Source of the DNA: Vicugna vicugna
Lineage: Eukaryota
Reading direction: 5' to 3'
NCBI GenBank assembly: GCA_013265495.1
Contig: MU058824.1
Location: 1,329,111 to 1,393,110 of the forward strand
Length of the DNA stretch: 64,000 nt
The position numbers were made by a program, and so were the translations under genes. The number at the start of each line of letters is the position of its first letter. Within the stretch, counting starts at the first letter, position 1. The notes beneath the pieces were generated by a model, which was not told the DNA's origin, did not search any database, and saw nothing but the letters and a program-made list of their open reading frames with translations. This document shows positions 36,206-48,822 of the stretch, one piece after another.

Positions 36206-37849
36206 AAAAAGGAAGGAAGGAGGGATGGAAGAAAGGGGTTCTGTTCAAGGGGAAGGGAAATGCTCGCACTTGCCCAATGCTGAAGGAGCCTTGGGGAAGG
36301 TAGCAGGTGTCTACACACCGCTGACCTGCTCCCAACCTCTCCAAGAGAAGCCCAGGGAAGAAGAGCTCTGCGGGGAAACCAGAGCTGGAAGTGGCTTTCA
36401 ATTACTTTCAATTGCCCTTCATGAGAAAACAGAAAGAGGGCATTCAAGGCAGGGGCTCTTGGAGACTGAGGTGCTCAGAGCTGGCGGGCGGGAGCCCTGC
36501 TGACTTGGAGGTGGGGGTGGACAACTGCGGAAGACAAGCCAACCACTGAACCGGCTGAAAGAGCCACATCCTGAGCTTGGGCTGAACTGAGGGGACAGAG
36601 GGAGGAGTGCTGGATCTGAGTTGGGGAAATCTGTCCTTGGCAATACCTTGTGGGCAGCCCTAGACAGGTCACTTCCAGCCTGCGGGCCTCGGTTTCTCCT
36701 TGTGTGAAGCTGGAGGATTGTCCTGGGCCATCTCTCAGCATCCTTCCAGAACCGACTGGTGTAGTCTCTGATGCAGGTGTCAGAAGAAGAAACCAAAGGA
36801 ACAGAGGAGGGCGATTGGTCACTCAAGTCCACACGCCTTCCCTCTGTCCACTGGCTTCCACGTCGTCCACACTCATTTATGGAGTTCCTGACGAAAGACT
36901 GTTTACCAACATTTACACAGCTTTACACGTTCATCCACCACATCATCCTGTTCACTCCTCCTGACAGCCCTGTAAGAAGATGATAATAACTAGAGCTGAC
37001 TGAGTGATATAATGTGCTGAGCATTATTCTAGCCCCTTTACACATTTTATCTTACCTCATCCTCACGATAATCGCATGAGGTATGGGTATTATTGTCCCC
37101 ATTTTGCTGATGTCCACTTGCCCTGGCACATGTGAGTTCCTCTAGACGCCCGGTGACCTGGGTGGAGTCTGTGGGCCTGAGCTGAGTACTCTCCATTCAG
37201 GGCCTGGGCCCCGGGCCAGCTCCTGCCTGTTTGTATTAGGCTCCTATTTCTTCCCAGCTGCCCTTGGCTCCAGTCTCCCTCTTATCACAGGGGGTCTTGA
37301 GAAATCATTCTCCTGATGCAGCAGGAAGAGGCCACTCGGGTGGGCTGGGAGCTGAGGGACATGCTCGGTTGCTTGCCCCAAGACTGCTCCTCCCCAGAGA
37401 AGGACCTGGCCCATTCAGGTCTCCCAGGACAGCCTGAACAAGGGCCTGATCTAGAAGTCTGGCCCAATGTTCTTCCTTCCTCACTGGCTCAGAGGATCCA
37501 GGGTCATATCTGCTGGGCCAAGCTCTCCACCTGCATCCTAGATCCCAAGGGCTCCCTCTTCTGCTCAGCCTTCTCTTCCTGGTAGCCCTGTCTCTCCCTC
37601 TCTACTGCCTCCTTCCCATTGACTGCAGCTGAGGGGCAGCAGAGAGGGCCCAGACACAGAGTCAGGAGACTGGGAATCAAAGCTGCATGATTCTAGACAG
37701 GTCAGCCCCCTGGCTGAGCCCTTGTCTCCTTTCCTGAAAATTGGGGTTACGAAGATGGTGGGGCAGCACCTCCTTTCCAGTCTGATTCCCAGCTGCTCCC
37801 CATCTGGCTGCCTCTGCTCACTGTGGACTTGTCTCCTGTCCGTGGATTA

Positions 37850-38460
37850 TTTAACAAATTCATTCAGTAGGTAGGTTGGGCACAGAGCACACTCCCGCGA
37901 GAAACTCCACATGGGCCCTGCTATCAAGGTGTCCACAGTCTAGTGGGGCGGGGAGGTGATTAACAGGCAACTGTAAGACAATGTGCTGAGAACCGCAATG
38001 CCAGAAGTCAAGGGTGCTGCGAGGAAGGGCATCCAACTCAGGCCTGGGATGCCTGCAGAAGCTTCCCAAGGGAGGAGATCTCAAGCTGAGAGCTGAGGGC
38101 TGGTAGGAACCAGCCCTCTGAAGAAGAAGAAAAGAATATCCCCAAAGACAAGGGAAGGCAAGTAGGTTAGGGGACATGAACAAACATGGTTTGGCTTGAT
38201 TGGACTGTAGCATGTGCACATGCGTGTGTGTGTGTGCATGCATGCGTGCGTACGTTTGTGTGTGTACTCGTGAGTGTTGGAATAGGAGGGGATAGAGAGG
38301 TGAGTCTGGAGAAGTGGACATGGATTAGTTTATGCAGAGCAAGACTCTAGGTGGTACAATAGAGAGCAGTAGGGGAGGACTGGAGGATTTTAAACAGGGA
38401 AGGGACATAGTCAGGCATGATATTAGACAGTTCTCTCTATCTGCCATGGGAAGATGGGAC
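37850..38460 (-). mobile_element. L2 fragment
   Basis: gaagcttcccaagggaggagatctcaagctgagagctgaggg...ggaggattttaaacaggga. Confidence 0.7.
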
Positions 38461-38479
38461 CTGATTTAAAAAAAAAAAA

Positions 38480-39140
38480 AGATTTACAATACCAAGATCT
38501 GTGAGGACGTGGAGCCACTGGAACTCCATACTCAGATGCAATGGGAAGTATACATGTAGTCTGCACTGCTGTTTTAAAGAACCATTTGGCAACACCTAGT
38601 AAACTGAAGACCTATGTATTCTTAATCCAGCAACTCCATACCTTGGTTCCTACCCAAAGGGACATGTGTGATGATATTCACTAAATACCACTTGTAATAG
38701 TAAAAAAGTAGAACTAACCTATCCAGGCATCTATAGAGGAACAACTGTAAACTTCAATTTGCTCATACGTTGGAATTCTACTTAATGAACCAGATCTCCA
38801 TGCATCAAGGACAAATCTGAAAATAGAAAAGGCAACTTGCAAGCGGATGTGAACTTAATATGGTTTGTGGATCATCAGTGGAAAAGACAGAAAAACACAT
38901 GTGAGAATATATCACATCAAATTAGGATAATATTACTCTTTGGAGGGAGGCTTAAGGGATAGGGTAGGAGTTTGGCTGACATTATAATCTTATATTTCTG
39001 TAAAAGACAGAGAAAGTGAATCAAATACAATGAAATGTCCATATATATCTATTGAGCCAAAATGGTGGTTATCTTGTGGCTCTTGCATTATTTGCTATAC
39101 TTTTTGCTATGTTTCAAGGTTTTCGAAATTAAATTTTAAA
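38480..39140 (+). mobile_element. Old L1ME-like 3' end
   Basis: acaataccaagatctgtgaggacgtggag...catttggcaacacctagtaaa...atccagcaactccatacctt. Confidence 0.65.
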
Positions 39141-39329
39141 ATGGATTTGTGGACCATGAGGCAAGGAGGAGGCGGATCTGCTGGGGAGGTTTTTGCTGTG
39201 TCCAGGTGAGGGGAGCTACCCGGGCCAGGGGAGGGCCCAGTGGGATGCAGAAAAGTGGATATAAATGAGCGATACTCAGAAGACAGAATCAGTGCAACCC
39301 TCTGCCTGCTGGGATCCTTCCTTCCTTCT

Positions 39330-39660
39330 CTCTCTAATCAGAGTTTTGCCTCCAGGAGGCTTCTCCAACCACTCCAGTCCTCAGAGGTCTCTCTACTTTG
39401 ACATCTTCTAGCCCTTGTAACATCGGTCATTTCATGCAACAATGCATGAGCTTGTAGTGTCTGTATGTCTCATCTCTCCTGTAAAACCATGTGTTTGAGC
39501 AGGGCAGGAACTCTCTCACACTCTTGATGGGTGTCCCTCCAGGCATGTCTGTGTGGCTAATTGCTGTATCCTCGGTCCTCACATAATGCCAGACCCATGG
39601 TTGGTGCTGGAGAAATTCTAGTTGAATGAATATATGAATAAATAAGTGGATAACTAAGTG
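39330..39660 (+). mobile_element. L2 3' end
   Basis: cctccaggaggcttctcc...gttgaatgaatatatgaataaa terminus. Confidence 0.65.
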
Positions 39661-40499
39661 AGTTCCAGAAAGAATCATTGAGGAAATGCAGGGCATCCAT
39701 GTGGCAGCCCTGAATTCAAACCACAACTTTGCCATTAACAAGTAGTAACCTTGGCAAAGTCACTTCACCTCTCTGAATCTGCTTCCCCAGCTATAAAATG
39801 GAGAAAATGCACATCTTTTAGGATTAATGCTTATGGATATTATATATTGCTTATATATCTATGGGTATTATATATTATGGATATTATATCCATAATGTGT
39901 CTCTAAGATGCCTATAATTTCCTCCCCAATCTCCTTCATATTTCACAGAACTTTCCTTGTTCCTAGCCCAGAAAGTATGGCCTTTCATACCAGTGGACAA
40001 GGTCCCTTCTGCAGACCAATGATAGAGCCAGGTGGACCTCTGACTCAAGCTGGGCCAATCACACTGTCTCTCCCAGGAATCTGGAACACAGAGACCTAAT
40101 CACTTGATAAACACTTGATGATCAGCCTACTCTAAGCATGCCCTGAGCTTGCACAGTCATATTTTAGCCAACCTGCTGCACTGTAAGATGAGAGCCTAGG
40201 AATCTGGGAGGAAAATAGGATACTGTCCCTCTCTCCTGCCCTGTATCACAGCCCACCCTGTAGGGCCTTTGTGTCCAAGCCCTCTCTGTCTTACAAAGCC
40301 AAGGTTGACTTGCTCCTGTCTTCCCCACAGCGCTGAGCCTAGTGCCTGCCACTGAGAAGGCGCTCAGGTGGCATGGGGTCAGATGAACTGTGTTGGGTTT
40401 GAATGGAAATGGACCAGGACTCATCAGGGAAAGAGAAGGTGAACTGGTGAGTGCAGACAAATCCAAATTACAGGAGGGATGTTTTAAGCAATTGGAGAT

Positions 40500-40755
40500 G
40501 TTTCACTTGTTGCAGTAAAGGCTCATGAACAGCCAACAGGAAAAAGGATCCAACATTTTCTATGGCTAAAAGTTACAGAGAAGCAGGTGTGGCTTCATAC
40601 CAGGAAAAACTTTCTGTTGGAACAGCTCCTAGGTACACGTCTCGCTGTTTGGGGACCTGTGCAAGCAGAGACTGGGTACCACTTAGCAACTTAACAATAT
40701 GAGAGGGTTGGATTAGATGACCTGAAAAATTCCTTTCAACTGGGAGAGTCTAAAT
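40500..40755 (+). mobile_element. L3/CR1 LINE 3' end
   Basis: aagttacagagaagcagg...aggaaaaactttct...gggttggattagatgacctg...cctttcaact. Confidence 0.6.
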
Positions 40756-41579
40756 TGTATTTATTGGTGCACCCTAGAAGAAATTGTTAATCAAAGTTCT
40801 AGTTATTGAGCCCTCTCAGAAACTTTGGCCATGTGTTCTGAAATAAATATCAAAGAGCATCCGTGGTATAACTGTTATGATTTATCATTTCAATTTTTAC
40901 TATACAGTTTTATTAATGTTGGATAAAGGTTTAAGAAAAGCTTTTTTTTGCCCTAAAAATGTTAATGGGTTGCCTGTCAGCTTCAAAAGAAGAAAAATTG
41001 CTAACAGGAAAGTTACGTATTAACCCCAAAGTGGAAAGAAGACACGAAGTTCCAGCAGAGTGCAGGGCATGTGCTCAACACATGGACCCATCCCACTCTC
41101 TCTTTTTACAGTCTGCCCGAAGTTACCAAGGGGATAAAATCAAGACCAGACTGGCTTACATAATCCAGTGGGAACTTGCTGTCTGTGTGATACCAGCTAA
41201 CTGAAGATAGACAATTTTCCAAAATTATTATGGAATAAAAATTCCCCCTGCCCCATAACGATACCTCCACTGGTCCCTTCTAATGTCTCTCTTCCTTCAG
41301 CAAAACAATCCACTCCCTGAAAAAGCAGGGCCATTTTCAGATAAGCAGAAAGAGAAGAGTTGGATGAGCTTTGGGGAGACTCTATCCTGGTCCTATCTTC
41401 TTGCTGGTTCTTTTGGCCTCTTGGTGATTGCCAATTAGCCATCCCCAGGTGGACCCAGCCATCACGCAGGCATGTAAATCCATACATCCAGCTTCCAGGA
41501 TCTACACATCAAAGTCAGAGAAGTATCTCCATGGCAAACAGGAATGACAAAGGTCCTATTGTTAGACAAGTACCTGTAA

Positions 41580-43670
41580 CAGTGGCTTTTAACCTTGGTT
41601 GTGGGAGTCTTTAAAAACCCAGAATCTCTGGGAGTGGGACATAGACATCAGCACTTTTACCATCCTTTTTTTTTTTTTAATGAGCTATACCATACATACC
41701 TCTAAAATTTATAGATCTTAACTACACATCTTTATGTGTTCTGACAAATGTATGCACCCATGTGACCTACATCCCTATCAAGATAAGGAATAGATGCATC
41801 ACCTCGGAAAGTTCCCACCTGCCCTTTATTACTCAATCCCCAGAGCTCCAGATGTAAACATTGTTCTGACTTTTTCTACCTTATATTAGCTTTGCTTGTT
41901 CTGGAATTGCACGTTAATTGAATGATACCATATGAACTCTTCTGTGTCTGGCTTCTTTTACTTGGCATAGTGCTTTTGAGGTTCATCCATGTTTTATGTG
42001 TATCAGTAGCCCATCCCTTCTTCATTAGTTAGTTGTACTCCATTGCATGGATGTGTACAATTTACTTCTCCATTCACCAGCTGATAGACATCTTGTGATA
42101 GTTCCGAATAAACCCTCTATAAACATCCACATATAAGTCTTTATGAGGACATATGTTTTCATTTCTCTCGGTTAAATTCCCTGGAGTGGCAGTGCTGGAT
42201 TATATTATAAGTAAAAGCTTAACGTTATAAGAAATTTCCAAACTATACCATTTTTACATTCCTTCGAGAATTCCAGTTGCCCCACATCCTTATCAGCACT
42301 TGTTATGGTCCATTTAGTTTTTTGAATAAACTTTTAATTTTACAACAGCTTTAGATTTACAGAAAAATTGCAACGGCAGTAAAGAGCATCCTTACACATC
42401 CTGCACCCAGTTTCTGCTATTATTAACACTTACATTAGTATGGTACATTTGCTACAATTAAGAAGCCATTTTGGGGACATTATTATTAACTAAAGTCTAT
42501 TCTTTATTCAGGTTTCTTTAGTTTTTATCAAATGTCCTTTTTTCCGTTCCAGAATTCTACCCACAGTACCACATTACATCCAGTCATCATGTCTTCTTAG
42601 GCTCCTCTTGGCAGTGACTGCTTCTCAGACTTCCCTTGTTTTTGATGACCTCAAGGTTTGATGACCTCAGCGTCATCAACAAATACCTCAAGGTCATGAA
42701 ATCTTCCTCAGCTTTGAGGAATACTGGGTATTTTATAGGATGTCCTCAGTTGGGATTTACATGATATTTTTTTCCTCAAAATTAGACTCAGTTTATAAAT
42801 TCTGAGGAGGAAGGCCACAAAGATAAAGTGTCATTCTCATCACTTCATATCAAGGGTACATACTATGAATGTGACTTCTGACAGCTGGTGATGTCCTCAG
42901 TCACCTGGATGAAGTACTGAGAAAAAAGCCTTTCAGTGTGTCCACATGTTTATTTTCCCTTTCCATTGTTCTTTATTCCTTCTGCAGTGTCCAATTTGCT
43001 ATTATCCAATCTAGTAAATTTCTAAAATTTCAGATATTACATTTTTTAGCTCTATAATTTCTATTCTGCTCTTTTTGTTGCTTCCAATTCTCTGTTGAGA
43101 TTCCCCCATCTGTTCATTTGTTACACCCATCTCTTCCTTTACTGAACATATTGATAAGAGTGATTTTGAAGTTCTCATCTATTAATTCCATCATCTTCTC
43201 ATCTCTGAACCTGTTCTTACTAATTGTTCTTTCTTCCAGTTTGGTGTACATTTCCCAGTTTCTTCCAATTTCCAGCAATTTTTGTTTATTTGTGGATACA
43301 ATGTTGAGAGTCTAGACTGGTATCTCCTTTTAAAGAGTCTCATTTTTTTTAGGCAGGCAGTTAGCTTCATTTTAAAGATAGAAAGGCACAGGCTTTCTGG
43401 GGTCTCAACTGAATGTCCAGAGTATTCAGTGAAATCTCTCTAATATGGCTAGTCAGAAATCGAGTATCTGTCTGCACTGTGAGACTACCAAAATTTCTGT
43501 TGAGCTCATAGCCCTCCAGTAGCTGTTTCCTGCCACACTCTCAGTCTCCCTCTGTACATTTTCAGCTTAATACTCAGCAGAAGACTTAAGGGAATTCCAT
43601 GAAAATTTCACATCAGTACTTTTTAAAGTTCCCTAAGTGATTCCAATGTACAGCCAAGGTTTAGAACTAT
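41580..43670. mobile_element. MER5-type element split by a ~1.95-kb reverse-strand L1 composite
   Basis: MER5 left part 41580-41658 and right part 43610-43670; duplicated acatcag(c/t)actttt at 41645-41658 and 43610-43623. Confidence 0.65.
41665..43609 (-). mobile_element. Reverse L1 composite: L1 3' end (41665-42310), L1MC-like 3'UTR (42320-42920), L1 5'/ORF1-side fragment (42940-43609)
   Basis: Poly-T at 41666-41678, tgtgtctggcttcttttacttggcat; tttagatttacagaaaaattgcaa; T-rich ttttagctctataatttctattctg. Confidence 0.75.
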
Positions 43671-44574
43671 TAAATCACCTAATTGTGAAGGAACTGGGAA
43701 AAAATGCCTGGGTACCAAAGAAAATGCAGAACCCCTCAGGGTGGACTGGTCCTGGACAAAGTCATGAAGGATGTTGATAAAAGAGCTCTACACTAAAATG
43801 GCTCTAATCTAGAAACATAAAGGAACAGAATCAAGATAAATCAATGAGACAAGTTTAGCATACCTCCTGTCCTCTGAAAGGATCAGCTATGATAGTTCAT
43901 TTCTTGTTCTGTTTGAGTAGTCCTCCTTTAAGAGTTTCCAATCACCTAGACTGTAAAAACTAAAGTGCTATGTGGTCAAAAACAATTCCCAGTGCACTAA
44001 AGCCATCAGGTAGAGGAAAGTGGTTTAACCCTTAGTGAATTCCTGTCAGTTGTCAGATTCCAAACTCAGAGGACATAAGAGGAATTAAATGTTGCCCCTG
44101 CCCACAACGTAGCTCCAGATTTAGTGGGAATCCCAGTACATATGGAGCTAAATTAAATGTACTTCAGACTGTGATAAGTCCATAATACAGCAGAGATACA
44201 TTCAAAGTGCTTTTAGAGCACAGGGATGTCTAACTTTGGGTTTAAAAGGCTTCACAGAGGAATCGCTTTTGAGCTGGGTCCCATCAAGGATAGGAACAGT
44301 GAAGGAGGTGAAGTGAAGAAGGGAAGGGTATTCTGGGCAAAGAGAACATATGAAGGGAGAATAAATGGAACATTCAGGAAATCTGGTAAGTTCATTATGG
44401 AAAGATGAGGACTAGAAGCATAGTTTATAGAAGAGCAGAAATAACATGCCTTCACTCTCCGCATCAGTTGAGATGAATCAAATTTAGGAAATAAAAAATA
44501 ACTTACAAACGGATGAATAAAAGCAAACGTGCAGCATGACTATAGTTATTGCATACTGGCAATCTTTTTGTTCT

Positions 44575-44735
44575 TGCAACAAAAAGAACCCAAGAAGGTA
44601 ACAAAGTGAGGTGATGGATGTGTTAATTAGCTGGACTGTGGTCATCGTTTCACAATGTATATGCATATCAAATCATTACATTGTACACTTTAAACACTTT
44701 TAGTTGTCACTTATACCTCAGTAAAGCTGGGGCTG
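44575..44735 (+). mobile_element. L1 (L1MA/MB-like) 3' terminus
   Basis: gtgaggtgatggatgtgttaattagc...tttcacaatgtatatgcatatcaaatcattacattgtacac...tatacctcagtaaagctggg. Confidence 0.8.
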
Positions 44736-45089
44736 GGGGTTGCACAATACCTACAAAAAATAACTTTCAGACAGTTCCTGCTGATTTGTAATGAATCTCA
44801 CCTGATGTGGAGCTGGAGTAGATTCTTAGAAGTTTAACAAAGGTCTATCATAAGTGGGGGAGATCTAAACAGTGCACAGGGAACCAGAGATGACTGTCCA
44901 TGTAAATCTAACCTGAAGAATGCAACCTCATTAAAGTTACACATTGCATTTCAGCATAAAACCGTGGACGGCGATCGTTCTCATTGTTTTCCGTACGTAC
45001 AGGCACCGAAGAAAAGCAAAAAGCACTGAGTGGGCTGGGAAGCTTAAGGATCAACGACACTGGGCCATCTGTGTTTTAGAGATCTCCCC

Positions 45090-45310
45090 TGCAGCCAGAA
45101 AACAAGTCTGAGTCCTGAGGCTGCCACTGACTGCACAGCATACCCTTGAGAAAGTCCTTTCATTTCTCTAATCCTCAGTTCCCTCCTCTACGAAATGGGC
45201 ACATTAATGCCCACTCACCCTGCTGTCTCACTGGATTCTCAGGAAAGACCAAACGACCTACTTTGGGTGGAAAAGCCTTGTAAGGTTAGAGCCTGGTTAT
45301 GATGCAAAGA
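45090..45310 (+). mobile_element. MIR SINE
   Basis: cctcagttccctcctctacgaaatggg core. Confidence 0.65.
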
Positions 45311-45585
45311 GTTATTATTACTAATAATAAACAAGAAGAATGTGTGACAATGACCAGAATTTCCTGTTGAGACAACAAGTTCACGGAATGATTTAAGAAA
45401 AGTAGGATGTTTGTTACTTCCACAATGAGAATTGGGCACTGGTATTGTTTCAACAGTCTCTGGGGAATAAAGGGTTTGAGAGCAGTAAAGAATAAGCCAA
45501 TTTGTCTTCAAGAGTCTTGTTCTCTTTAGAATCTTTTCAATAGCTTTTTGTGCCTTACCAAGATTTTTCCTGCCAATTCTGCCAT

Positions 45586-46075
45586 TGTAAGTGAGCAGAG
45601 AACCTCCTGGGGCTTTTCTGAGACAGACCCGGTCCCCCATATCCTCTGCTTTCGCTCCTCTCTGAAGGACCCAGATAACAATATCTGGTGCACATTTCCT
45701 GAGTTGCTTTACAGATGCTAAAACCCCCACCAAGTGGAAGACATTAACTACTTGAGGACCATGAGTAGCCCCAGCCCTACTGGAGCCTAAGGATTGATCA
45801 GGTTAACCCCTGTGACACCGCCCTGTGACCTCACCATCAACCAGAGAATTGTGCACGAGCTGATCAAGTACCCTGTGACCCCTCACCCCCCTCACCTGGC
45901 CTTTAAAAATGCTTTCCTAAAACACACCAGGGAGTTCAGACCTTTGAGCACTAGCTGCTCTGGACTCCTTGCTTGGTGCCCTACAATAAACGCTGTGTTT
46001 TCCTTCACCACAATCCCGTCAGTAGATTAGCTTTACTGTGTGCGGGCAAGCGGATCCAAGTTTGCTTCGGTAACA
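45586..46075 (+). mobile_element. Solo ERV1-class LTR (490 bp)
   Basis: Starts TGTAA, ends TAACA; 4-bp TSD ccat/ccgt; TATA-like tttaaaa at ~45902 and AATAAA at 45985-45990. Confidence 0.85.
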
Positions 46076-46729
46076 CCGTAACTGATAATTGGGTATTAAT
46101 CAGTTGGGGTTTTTTTTTTTTTCCTTAAAAGAATTTATCTTTCCACTTGCTAATACTCATAGATATAATTCAGGTCTGTGAATACCCCGCCTTCTCCCAG
46201 GCAGCCTTCAGGCGCAACACTGGGGCCCTGAAGAACATCAGTGGCTGCAGAAATTTCTTTGACAAACCAAGAAAAGAGAGAGATTCGTGCCTGACGCCAA
46301 GCCAGTCTCCCAGAATGCCTTCTTTCCCCTTCTATAAGCTCAGGACAAGAGTCTTTCATGTGGATACCAGATGGCATTTATAAATTTGTCAAAGAACTGT
46401 GTGGGCAAAGCCTTCTAGGGGATATGCACTGCCTTTCAGAAATGCAACAGAAGGGTCCTTTCTTGTTGGTCTAATGATGTCTAGTGGTGATTTTGATGAC
46501 CTTTGGGATGTCATTTCCATTTTATGCCTTCACACACAGTAGCCGACTGCCCTTCCTCATATTCTGCCACAGAGAGCCTGTGGGTTCTGGTCCCAGATAG
46601 CGACCCAAAGCCTTGCATTGAAATTCTTCTCCTTCCAAATTTACACTAAAATAAGCAAACATCTGTAATAATGGGGAAAGTCTGCATTGCCACTGGAAAC
46701 TTGGAAAGAACTCCCTCTTTGGCTAGAAT

Positions 46730-46900
46730 TTTATAGCACTCTTCAAATTTTAATGTGCACATGAATCACCTAGGAATCTTGCTAAAATGCAGATTTTGAT
46801 TGAATAGATCTGGGATGGGGCTCGAGAATTTGCATTTCTAACAGATTCTCAGGTGATGCTGATCCTGCCGGCCCCAGGACCACACTTCGAGGAGCAAGAA
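46730..46900 (-). mobile_element. MER5-type element
   Basis: gaatcacctaggaatcttgctaaaatgcagatt...tgcatttctaacagattctcaggtgatgctgat...ggaccacacttcgag. Confidence 0.8.
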
Positions 46901-47178
46901 ATCAGGAGACAAATATAAGCAATTCTCCCAGAACTCAAAGGAAATGGTTAAAGAGATAAAAACAGTGAAAGAAAAGTTGAAAAGAGAGCCAAGAGCTGCA
47001 ACAGAGCTTCCACATACATAAGAAAACAGAGGAGATAGCATACAAAGAATTGAATTTGCATGTGTTTCAACTTTAGAAAAACGTATTAATCTAATTCATC
47101 ATTATCAGTATAGCAAAGCAGAAATACCACAGAATTACTTTGGTAAGTGACAAAAACCATTCGAGAAAAAGTCAGCAT

Positions 47179-47180
<2 letters not shown>

Positions 47181-47221
<41 letters not shown>
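47181..47221. repeat. (CAT)13 microsatellite within a degenerate L1
   Basis: Direct count; flanked by an L1-like aaaaaccattcgagaaaaagtcagcattc. Confidence 0.9.
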
Positions 47222-47749
47222 CCCTCAAGAAAGAGAATATTTTCTTAAAGTGACAGACACATTATGTGAAATCACAGCCAGCAGGATGCTCGAGTCATTC
47301 CGTTCACATCAGCAACCAGAAAGATACCCACTCTCATCAGTGTTATTAACACTGTTCTGCAAATCCTAATCCAGACAACCAAACAGAAAAATGAAATTAG
47401 AGGTGATATTAGTGAGGATTATGTTCAGTTCCATGTAGTCATGGTTTAAACAAAATAGAAGTGTCTTCACTCTCGCCTAAGTTGGAGGGAGCGGACCAGG
47501 CTACTGTAGCAGCAATTCCAAGACTCCAGAGACCCAGACCTCTGGCTCTCTGCTCAGTCATCGCAGAGGTGGCTCTCACTGCAGCTCTGCTGTAGCTGTC
47601 ACACATATCTGATGTCTCAGACCTCATGAATATTCAGTGCTTCCCTGGTCCATCCATCCTTTCCATTCATGTTCAGCCCATATTTGCTCTACAAACTTTA
47701 TCTATAATATGCCACACAGCTGCTTGCTTCTACTGTTCTCTAAGGCAGA

Positions 47750-48310
47750 ATTTAAAACCTTGAACAACACAGCAATATACAGTACACAAAATGAATGTGT
47801 CATCTGAACAAACAAAGCTAAACTAGAAAAATAAACGTATGGTAATAACTAGGCATGTTTTAAAATGAGTGATAATATAAACTCATTCTAACAAATATTA
47901 AATTGTATCATAAAAGAGCAGGAAATTTAACAGTATGCTAGCAGTTGAAGAAAAGACAGATCAGCACAGAAAAGAAAGTTCAGAAATAGTCTCAATTATA
48001 TATAAAAATTATAGATGCTAACACTACTGTTTCCAAATCAATGAGAAAAAGATATTTGGTGGCGCACCTTGCTAACCATACAGAACAAAATAAAATTGCG
48101 TACTACTTCACATCATTCACAAAGTCCAGATGAATTAAAGTTATAAATGTAAAAATAAAACCATGAAAATATGGCAAGAAAATATATGTACATAGTTAAA
48201 TAATCTTGGGTTGGGAAAAAACTTAAACCTACCAGCAAAGATGAAACAGAAAGATGAAAATATCAATCAGTTTGACTCTTAATTTTAAAGATATAAATTC
48301 TTTATATACA
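47750..48310 (+). mobile_element. Degenerate L1 ORF2 fragment
   Basis: agacagatcagcacagaaaagaaagttcagaaatag...ccagatgaattaaagttataaatgtaaaa. Confidence 0.6.
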
Positions 48311-48499
48311 GAATTTTAAATTCTTGTAATTCTTTTAAAAAGCCAAAACTGAACTGGAATAACGAAGTAAGGAGGACCTGGCTAGTCAGGTCTACGAAGA
48401 TGGGTTGGTAGATCCCACCAAACTCACACTATAGTTTTGCCTGTGTGCTAGCTGAAAGTTGATATGCATATATAAATTTTACTTGTTCAAAAGGATATC

Positions 48500-48822
48500 G
48501 TCAACATGGATGAACCTCAAAAACATTATGCTAAAGTGAAAGAAGTCAGACCAGAGAGGCCACATCTCATTAAGATTCCTTTTTCACGAAAAGCCCAGAA
48601 TAAGCAAATCCACAGAGACAGAAAGCAGATTAGCGGTTGCTGGGGACTAAGGTGGGAGGGGAATGAAGGATGACCACTAATGTATATGGGATTTCTTCTG
48701 GGAGTGATGAAATGCTCTGGAATTAGTGGTGACGGTTGCATAACTTTGTGAATATACTAAAAACCACTGAATTGTACACTTTAAAGAGGCAAATTTTATG
48801 GTCTGTGAATTATATCTCAACT
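48500..48822 (+). mobile_element. L1MB-like 3'UTR
   Basis: caacatggatgaacctcaaaaacattatgct...gcaaatccacagagacagaaagcagattag...gtgaattatatctcaa. Confidence 0.85.

Noticed and set aside
47181..47221. Poly-His tag-like (CAT)n suggesting engineered sequence
   Set aside because: Not in an ORF; an ordinary microsatellite expanded inside a degenerate L1.
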